Shown: positions 12,552 through 19,900 of the stretch, in pieces
Numbering within the stretch: the first letter of the stretch is position 1
Layout of the letters: the number at the start of each line of letters is the position of its first letter
Assembly (NCBI GenBank): GCA_033442325.1
Contig: JAWQFM010000034.1
Span: 723,965 to 752,076 of the forward strand
DNA from: Salpingoeca rosetta
Taxonomy: Eukaryota; Protista; Choanoflagellata
Direction of reading: 5' to 3'
DNA: 28,112 nt
Notes under the pieces: generated by a model
The model's input: only the letters and a program-made list of their open reading frames with translations
What the model was told of the DNA's origin: nothing
Database searches by the model: none
Translations under genes and position numbers: made by a program

Positions 12552-12997
12552 TGTGTGTCAACAACAAATGCGCAAGACTCCCCGATACACAATGTCCCGC
12601 CATCGAATAAACCACGCCCACAACCTCCTGCATGAACACACACACACACACACACCTGCATGAAGCCTGATGTGACGGCGGACTGTGCCTCGAAATGCTG
12701 GCACAGAACATCAACATCAGAGAGAGGCGCGAAGAGAGAGCGCAAGGGTGCGGACACATTTGCGATGCCGCCAGGGCGATGGTCCACAAACGTGTCTGTC
12801 TGGTAGATATTGTGGAAGAACTCTCCGTGTTCAACAGAGGGAAAGAAGTCTGACAAGGAAAGTTCAGGTGTAGAAACTGCTGGGGCAACGACTGCCGCTG
12901 TTGCTGCTGCCAGAAGAGGAGTTGTGAGTGTGCAGAGCAGCAGGCAGGCCACAAACACAGCCGGCAAAGGCCGTGGGCGCTGCCTTGCCGCCCTCAT
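1..12997 (-). CDS. Giant secreted/surface multidomain protein, 5' part (3'-partial): signal peptide + JmjC (Cupin_4/ROX-like) + Cys-rich module + Gly-rich repeats + F5/8C + HYR x2 + cupredoxin-like + beta-solenoid repeats
   Basis: Hand-spliced GT-AG exons, all phase-consistent: 12997-12656, 12280-11129, 10892-10837, 10682-10542, 10210-9504, 9185-8901, 8564-8276, 8057-7609, 7467-7324, 7021-2535(gap), 2434-1235(gap), 965-<1. About 10.2 kb of sequenced coding DNA. Starts MRAARQRPRPLPAVFVACLLLCTLTTPLLAAA. In-frame TAG at 177-175 and an apparent frameshift near 50. Continuity across the N gaps is assumed. Confidence 0.8.
966..1234. other. Assembly gap (269 N)
   Basis: N run. Confidence 1.
2435..2534. 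other. Assembly gap (100 N, probably a placeholder of unknown size)
   Basis: N run; the coding frame differs on the two sides. Confidence 1.
2600..5700 (-). repeat. Degenerate protein-level beta-solenoid repeat array (~85-95 aa units, alternating into ~180-aa super-repeats)
   Basis: Recurring G.VTLD..GH....W....S.......V.G...AG.LE and GTLTFD...V.G.L.V.RPV motifs in ORF 2430..7343. Confidence 0.75.
6217..6455 (-). other. Cupredoxin/plastocyanin-like domain lacking the C-terminal copper ligands
   Basis: LNIHYGDTVEWVW...HHI...FSSG...RHTFNAIGMFSFKD...TVVV follows the plastocyanin pattern, but the Cys/His/Met loop is absent. Confidence 0.6.
7612..8300 (-). other. Two HYR (hyalin repeat, Ig-like) domains
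   Basis: P.F..GCP...TPTAVDPSG...GTHAFTFSASDG...DTCTTQVVV and CPADITI...AVVSF...PGSRFHLGVTKV...CSFTVTV. Confidence 0.75.
8338..9185 (-). other. F5/8 type C (discoidin) domain, two exons
   Basis: VSASS...ARLY...GGWSP...DPYLQMNLGNVYVVSGVVTQG / V.EFEVKYSLD...F...VRARCIRIYP...ARMDVLG is the classic discoidin pattern. Confidence 0.85.
9187..9292. repeat. (TG)~30 microsatellite plus (CAATTGTGTGTG)x~4, intronic, abutting a splice acceptor
   Basis: Seen directly. Confidence 0.95.
10130..10892 (-). other. RVRR site followed by a Cys/Asp/Ser-rich module (22 Cys in ~82 aa, across 3 exons)
   Basis: Spliced translation RVRRAAGLTCTGSCDGCSSVSCTGGCDTSCSYCNGHCRTSCACDDSCDSFSSSCDSSCACDASCDIGCRRCTGSCDDTCTYSGCTSSCDACE. 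Confidence 0.8.
10220..10380. repeat. Imperfect (TG)n microsatellite, intronic
   Basis: Seen directly. Confidence 0.9.
11660..12860 (-). other. JmjC / Cupin_4 2-oxoglutarate-Fe(II) oxygenase domain, ribosomal-oxygenase (NO66/MINA53/YcfD)-like, split by one intron
   Basis: Motifs VHVY...ALQPHTDPYDVLVLQTSGSKRW and LRAGDVMYMPKGIIHFA...STHLTVSL match the ROX consensus (GFAPHYD..FVLQLEGRKxW; LxPGDLLYxPRGxxH...SxHLT). HxD at ~12058-12050, distal His at 11713-11711, conserved Lys of GxKxW. Confidence 0.9.
12343..12655. repeat. (TG)n tract (12343-12557) and (CA)~10 tract (12636-12655) at opposite ends of intron 1 of the JmjC gene
   Basis: Seen directly. Confidence 0.92.
12900..12997 (-). other. Predicted N-terminal signal peptide
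   Basis: Basic n-region MRAARQRPR, hydrophobic h-region AVFVACLLLCTLTTPLL, Ala-rich cleavage region AAATA. Confidence 0.75.
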
Positions 12998-13378
12998 GCC
13001 TTCCTTCTCGTTGCGCTGTGTCGCTGCTTCTCCTTTCGGCAAGAAAACAGCAAGCGCGATAGAGAGTTGGGGATTGGAAAGGGGGACGGCCTTCTTTGGC
13101 AGCGGGCCGTTCGTGTTCGCTTCGGGTTAATAATCCCTCCACCGCTGCACAAGGTGCAGAGTGAACAGAGGTGTGGTGTGTACGATGTGAGCGGCGCAAA
13201 CTGCGGGGTTGAGGGGGGAACGGCACAAAAGTGTTTGTGGTGTGTGGTGGTTGTGTGCGTCTGTGTGTTCTGTGTGTTGCGTGCGCTCAGAGCGCAGGCG
13301 GGCTGCAATGCGACCGCTTCGCGGGAGCGTGTGTTGTTTGCGACGGGCCCAAGCACGAGCACCAAAATCAACAAATCT

Positions 13379-13422
13379 CGTCATTTTCGTCACCCAGATG
13401 ACGTCATTGCGCTGTGACGAAA
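13379..13422. promoter_or_regulatory. Cluster of CRE/ATF-type bZIP sites ~400 bp upstream of the JmjC-giant gene
   Basis: Palindrome ATGACGTCAT at 13398-13407, flanked by a 9-bp inverted repeat TTTCGTCAC (13385-13393) / GTGACGAAA (13414-13422), with another CGTCA half-site at 13379-13383. Confidence 0.4.
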
Positions 13423-13446
13423 CACGAAATAACCATTGAACTTTGG

Positions 13447-13492
13447 TGTGTGTGTGTGTGTGTGTGTGAGTGTGTCTGTCTGTCTGTCTGTC

Positions 13493-13540
<48 letters not shown>

Positions 13541-13575
13541 TGAGTGTGTGTGTGTGTGAGTGTGTGAGTGTGTGT
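13447..13575. repeat. Compound (TG)n/(TCTG)n/(TGAG)n microsatellite, intergenic or 3' flank of AIM24
   Basis: Seen directly. Confidence 0.93.
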
Positions 13576-13713
13576 CTGACATTCTGTGTTGATGCTCACA
13601 TGGCTGTGTCACTGTGTACTTGAGAATGGAAGAAAAAAACGGGGCAGCGCTCAAACACCAACATGTCTCAAGTGGAAACACAACCCTTGCGCCGCCGGGC
13701 GTGAGTTGGCGAG

Positions 13714-15569
13714 TTACTCGCCGCCACCGCCGCCGTTGTTGCCGCCGCGCGCAACGAGGGCCGCAGCAATCTTCTCGATGGGCATGGACTGCAGCACAAC
13801 GGTGCCGGGGCCTGTCAGCACGGAGTTGAACAAGCCCTCGCCGCCGCAGCAGCACATGAGCAGGCCGCCTGCACGACGAACGGCGTAGTTCACCGTCGAC
13901 TGGAAAGCAACGACAGCTGTGTGTGTGGTTGGGGGGGGGGGTTAAGTGTGTGTGTGTGCGTGTGTGTGTGCGTGGTGTGTATGTGTGTGTATGTGTGTGT
14001 ATGTGTGTGTGTTGGACTTTTTGGATGAGAGTTTGAGAGGTGCCTGGCGTCGGACAGTGAGGCAAGAACGATGATGCAATACGACATGGCGAGATGCGCA
14101 GATGTGCAAGAAGCGCAACGCGTGTGTGCTGACGCAGGCAAGCGAGCGTCAGCAATCAAGCAGCCATCAGCAACACATACATGACTGGTCGCAGATGAGC
14201 TCCTCGCCGGCTTCGAGCTTGCGCATCAGAACAGTGCCAGATGCGTTGAGGAAGACCATGCCATCACCAGACAGGTCGTTCAGGATGAAGCCCTGGCCAC
14301 CGCAGCACCCGGCGCCAATCTGGTGGAGCAAGCGTGTGCACGTGTGTGTGTGTGTGTGTGTGAATGTGCGTGTGTATGTGTGTGTGAATGTGTGTGTGAG
14401 AGAGAGCGTATGCATGTTTGTGTATGTGTGTATGTGTGTGTGAATGTGTGTGTGAATGTGTGTGTGTGTGTGTGAGAGCGTATGCATGTTTGTGTGAATG
14501 TGTGTGTGCGTGTGTGTCAGACAAGCGAGAGTCATGACGTGGATTCAAAGACTCTCACAGATACTGTAACGAGCGGCGAAAGAACACGCACACACGCACG
14601 CACACAACAGAACACACGCACGCACGCGCACACACACCACACGCACGCACACAACAGAACACTCGCACACACCACACCACACGCACGCGCACGCGCACAC
14701 ACAGTGGTGTTAGTCGTTGACGTACGCCAGCAAAGCGGTAGGAGAAGGTGGGCTCGCAGTTGTGGGCGCACATGAACGCACGGCTCTTGATGGTGATGCG
14801 ACCACCAAACTCGGCCAGGTTCACGGGAACAATCTTGGCGGGGAAGTTGGGGGTCAGCCCGATGTGCTGAGTCTACTCACGCAGACAACAAGAGGAAGGT
14901 GGGAAGCGAATGCAAGTGTGGCAGTTGCACAATGCGCGTTAGTACCTTGAGTCAAAGTGAACGTGGTGGCCAAAGCAAGGCAACTGCCCAAGTGTGAACA
15001 CCAATCTGCAACGTGGGCAGGCAAGGCATGCGAGTTTGCAGAGACAACCAACAAGACGCTCACGCACACATACACATACAATCGTCCACAAACACACACA
15101 CACACATACAATCGTCCACAAACACACACGCACGCATGCATACGCACGCACGCGCACACGCACGTGTACACATGGACACAACACATCTCGCCCACCGTCT
15201 CAGTGTTGTTCTGGTACTTGACACGGAAGAAGCTTTCGCCGGCGCAGCAGCTGCGTGTGCACGCCTGCCCACAGCCCCCGCCGAGGTGCACGTCTGGCTT
15301 GAGGCCGGATGACATGTGCACCATGGTGCCCTGAGCGACAAAGGGGGGATGGGGAGCAGGTAGGTTGAAGGCGAGTCGCAGTGGTGCAATGTGAGTGGGT
15401 TCAGGTGTATGCACGGTACTAAGCTCACGCATCGTGGCATGAATGTATCAAGCGCAAACGCACGGGTTCGGCGGTGACGGCGTCGTTGGGGTTGAGGACA
15501 ACTTCAAGGATCTGGGAGCCATCCCCGACAATCTGCATGTGTACATGCGTGTGTGTGTGTGTGTGTACA

Positions 15570-15606
<37 letters not shown>

Positions 15607-16012
15607 TTGTGTGTGCGTTTGTGTGTGTGTGTGTGTACGTGTATGTGTGTGTGCGCGCGCGTCTCCATTACACTGGCAGAAATCGAACACTGGTGGGCGG
15701 CGCACAAGTGGCCTTCCCGACATACCTGCCACTGAAGCTCATTGTGGTACTCCGGTGTCTTGAGTTCCATCTGAGAGAGGTTGACAACACAAGCAAAGCA
15801 GGGGGCGTGTCAACATTGTCATCTGTGAGTTTGAAAGGATGGATCAGGGAGTCCATCAACAGCACGAGTGCACTGCCACCTGTCATATTTTCACTTCGTC
15901 AGTCCCACACCAGCTTGCACCATCATCTTGTGCATGCTGATCCATAACTTACGAGACCTGCCCCAGCGAGCGGGCACCCCGGCTGTGCCGGCTTGAACAT
16001 ATCCGATGACAT
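13714..16012 (-). CDS. AIM24: AIM24 / DUF124 (TRAP-like fold) family protein, 7 exons, 265 aa
   Basis: Exons 16012-15953, 15770-15726, 15532-15464, 15330-15196, 14872-14726, 14319-14181, 13916-13714 total 798 nt, all GT-AG and phase-consistent; start in ccaccATG context, TAA stop. Motifs [96 protein letters not shown]. The exon 5 acceptor could alternatively be 14866. Confidence 0.9.
14333..14702. repeat. TG-rich (14333-14517) and CA-rich (14584-14702) tracts within one AIM24 intron
   Basis: Seen directly. Confidence 0.9.
15538..15660. repeat. Imperfect (TG)n microsatellite, AIM24 intron 2
   Basis: Seen directly. Confidence 0.9.
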
Positions 16013-16249
16013 GGTGGAGGGGATGGTCGGCAAGGAAGGTGGTGGGACGATGAGCGGGCGTGGGCGTGGCGAAAGTGGACATTTCTTGAAAGTCTTTGGT
16101 GATAAAAGGATAAAGGATCGCTACGGCGAGTACGACAAGGCCATCATGTTATCGATGGCTGAAGAAAGTGTGGGTGTTGCCTTGTTGCCTAGTAGTGGCA
16201 TCAAGGATCATGGGGTTGGATGCACTGAGACTGTTAAACAACGACAGGA

Positions 16250-16853
16250 CGACCTTCGGCATCCTTCAGCAGTATGGCGCTGCCTTTCAACCAGCTCCTG
16301 TTCCTCCTCAAAGTCCTCATCCCGGGAGTTGTTGAAGTCATCGACGGAAATGTCCAGTTTCAGCGCGGCCTTAAGCGAGGGCAACATCACCAAGGTTTTC
16401 AGCTTGAGGCGCTCCAGTTCCATCTCCCATCTCCAGCAGGAGCACAAACAGTTCCAGCAGGACGAACCCCATCAAGCCGAGGACCAGGCTGATGGTGGCC
16501 ACCGTGCCTGGCGACAGCTTTGCTCCGATCCGGATACCCAAACTGCACTCACTGGGGCCGACCGGCTCCAGTGTGCTTGTTGTGCCATTGGCCAAGATGA
16601 AGTCGCTGCAGCCAACCTCGCGCAGGAAATCGGGACTGAGGCTTGAGCTAAACGCTGGACCGGGGAACACCATCTCGCCCTCCGCCGTCCACGACGGCGT
16701 GTACTCGTTGTCGTTGGTGGTCCAGGCGTGAAGTCGAGCACAGAAAACCACAAACTCAAACAGGAAGAAGATGAGGAAATGCACAATGGGCGCAACGAAG
16801 CGCACGCGACGTGCCGAGCGCGGGCGATGCAAGCAGCACTTCAGGACGAACCA
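16250..16853 (-). pseudogene. Degenerate coding-like remnant, possibly retropepsin-like (clan AA aspartic protease fold)
   Basis: Fragments in shifting frames: AVVD / AEGEMVFP / LSPDFLREVG..FILANGTTSTLEPVGP / VSAVW / VLL / EMELERLKLK, then an acidic tail DDFNNSRDEDFEEEQE. Several frameshifts are needed and there is no intact DTG. Confidence 0.25.
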
Positions 16854-16953
16854 NNNNNNNNNNNNNNNNNNNNNNNNNNNNNNNNNNNNNNNNNNNNNNN
16901 NNNNNNNNNNNNNNNNNNNNNNNNNNNNNNNNNNNNNNNNNNNNNNNNNNNNN
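16854..16953. other. Assembly gap (100 N, probably a placeholder of unknown size)
   Basis: N run; it truncates the upstream giant gene. Confidence 1.
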
Positions 16954-16958
16954 CTCAC

Positions 16959-19900
16959 CAAACTCCAGCGTGCCTGCTGCTGTCTGTTGCAAGGTTGGCT
17001 GCGTGGATGTGCTCGACTTCACAAAGAATGCTGTTGATACGTTGACACCCAGCTCCATTTCGCGGCCAGGCGCAAGGTGGAGTGAAGTCACGCCAATCAG
17101 CGTGCCGTTGAGTGCCAAGCACGCACCAGCGTCTGTGTCGCCGACGAGATGCGTGGTGTCTGCGAGTTCCAGCTCACCGCCCACATCAACCAGGTAGTTG
17201 ACGGGGGTGCGGGCAGTGGACTTACGGAAGGGGATCACATCGACCGTAACGTAGTCCGAATCCGCCACATGCACAAAGCCCGTGTAGTCGCCAATGAGCT
17301 TGTTGATCACAAGCCTGTGTGCTGCATCGGTCAGGCGCAGAGCGGCGTGGTTGACGAGGTGCACCTCGTTGAACTCGTACTCAAGCTGGTCGCGCTCGCC
17401 AAGCTCGTAGTCCACGTCCCAGCCGTGGTTGTTGTTGTCGATGACAAGCGTCTCCCACACCTCAAACTCGGTGCGCTGGTGGCGCAGGTACGCGCTGCCA
17501 GGACCACCCGGGGATGTGCCGGAGCCGCCGTGCGTGTTCATGCTGCCGCGGAACTGCGTCTCATCAAAGAACAGCGCGACGCGGCCACCACTGCCAGAGC
17601 CAGCAGAGGAGGCAGCGGCAGTGCCACCGCGTACATCGAGCACACCATCCTCGTCGCCATACAACAGCTGCGTTTGCACCCAGACAGAGCCGCCACTACC
17701 AGCGCCCGCGAGGGAACCGGAGCTTGGCGATTCACCACGGACATCGAGCACGCCGTCAAGCGTGAGCGTGTCTGTGCGCACGACAATGGTGCTCCCACCA
17801 AAGCCGCCCATGTCTGAGGACGTGGCGTCGCCACCACGCGAGCCGGGCGTGGTTGGTGCATACAGCCAGCCGTAAGCGCTGCCACCATCACTGGTACTCG
17901 AAGCGCCGCCCTTGTTGACATGACCGCCGCCAGAGCCGCCCGTGGAGGCAGACGTGCCCACACTCGGGCCCTGTGTAACGTCGACGCCACGCCGGTCAAA
18001 GCCGCTGGCAGAGAGGCGTGCACCGGCGGTGATGTGGGCGGTCGTCGCGTTCACATCAAAGTAGTCTGCGGTGATGCGGGAGAGCGGCTTGAGCGAGAGC
18101 GTGTCAAGCAGTGCACGGAAGCCTAGTCCAGGCTCTGTGAACAGGTGTGCGCCCGTCTGCAGCTCCAGCTCAACAAGCTGAACCTCGCCCGGTTTGGATG
18201 AGTAGAGGAGTTGGCCCTCCTCCTCGAACGAGAACACACAGCCACGACGCACGCGCATCTGCACATCGCGCAGCAGCACCAGCTCTGGTGCGCCAATGAT
18301 GGTGCCGTTGCAGTCAACGGCCACACGCTCATCGTCATCGCCGTGAACCATCACGCCGTTGCCCTTCACATCAAACTGCTCGGGAAGCACGAGCTCACCA
18401 CCGTTGCGCAGCACAAAGTTCACCGGCGGCTTGGCCACGCTTGGCTCACTTGGATGCACCTCGCTCAGGATGCGGTGCCCTGGACCGACCAGAACGAGGC
18501 CGTCGCCGTCACTCTCAAAGTCAAAGACCGTCAGCACGTTGTTCAAGCTGCCGGGTGCGAGTGTGATGGCGGCGCGGCGCAGAAGATGCACCTGCTCAAA
18601 CGTGTATGCCTTGTCTGGGGCGCCAACAGTGTCCTCGGTAACGACGTAGGCGCGAGCGTCCCATCCCTGGTTGTCGATGCGCAGCTGGCGGAAGACCTTG
18701 CCAGCTCGCTTGTCCTCCAGGTAGACGCTGCCTGCACCGCCGCGCAGGGAGGTGTCAGAGCCCGCAGCGCTGCCACCAAAGGCCAGGTAGCGACCACGGA
18801 AAGCAACGGGCGCATCTGGCACGTGGATGGCCAGGCGACCACCACTGCCACCGCCCTGGCGGGCACCCAGGCCGCGACCACCGTTCACGTTGAGGTCACC
18901 CGAGCCCGTGATGTGATCGGTGAAGATGAGCAAGCTGCCGCCGCTGCCAGCACCAGACACGCGCGTGGGCACGCTGTCCTGGCCACTGACATCAATGAGG
19001 CCGTCAACAACGACATACTCGCTGCTCAGCTTCATCCATCCGCCTGAGAGCCTGTTTACCTCGTGCACCTGCTCAAACGTGTATGCCTTGTCTGGGGCGC
19101 CAACAGTGTCCTCGGTAACGACGTAGGCGCGAGCGTCCCATCCCTGGTTGTCGATGCGCAGCTGGCGGAAGACCTTGCCAGCTCGCTTGTCCTCCAGGTA
19201 GACGCTGCCTGCACCGCCGCGCAGGGAGGTGTCAGAGCCCGCAGCGCTGCCACCAAAGGCCAGGTAGCGACCACGGAAAGCAACGGGCGCATCTGGCACG
19301 TGGATGGCCAGGCGACCACCACTGCCACCGCCCTGGCGGGCACCCAGGCCGCGACCACCGTTCACGTTGAGGTCACCCGAGCCCGTGATGTGATCGGTGA
19401 AGATGAGCAAGCTGCCGCCGCTGCCAGCACCAGACACGCGCGTGGGCACGCTGTCCTGGCCACTGACATCAATGAGGCCGTCAACAACGACATACTCGCT
19501 GCTCAGCTTCATCCATCCGCCACCGTAGCCGCCGCTGTTGCCACCGCGAGAACCCGTCTGCGTTGGAAGGTAGAGGTCACCGTACTGCGCACCACCAGCA
19601 ACGCTCTGACTGCCGCGACCGCCGGGGCTGCCGTGGCCGCCACCAGAGGCCGACGTGCCATCAAAGCTGCCAGCGCCACGCGGGCTGTCGCCGAGCTGGC
19701 GATGTCCTGCAGCGCTCAAGGTGGATTCCGCCTCAATGTCAATCAGCGGAATTGTCACATCGACAAAGGAGGCGTCGATGAGCGCACCAAACTTGGCGTC
19801 GAGCGCCTCAATGTTGGCCAGCATGCCCATTCCAGCCTCAAACTTGAGATTTGACTCTGCGTGCAGGTTCAGCGTGGCAAACTTGAGCGTGCCTGGCTCA

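Noticed and set aside
12277-12663. HT/CV-repeat 'proteins' and the poly-HT stretch in ORF 10868-13042
   Set aside because: Translations of intronic (CA)n/(TG)n tracts. Intron 12655-12281 is 375 nt and stop-free, so the ORF reads through it.
16176-16196. GTTGCC half-sites resembling an RFX X-box upstream of AIM24
   Set aside because: The second half-site is imperfect, and GTTGCC is common throughout this GC-rich window.
15993-16646. 217-aa plus-strand ORF divergent from AIM24
   Set aside because: Non-ATG start, no recognisable motif, and partly antisense to the more protein-like minus-strand fragments.
19044-19059. GTAAACAGGCTCTCAG (sense strand) in the duplication spacer as a micro-intron
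   Set aside because: Only 16 nt, and removing it would break the reading frame.
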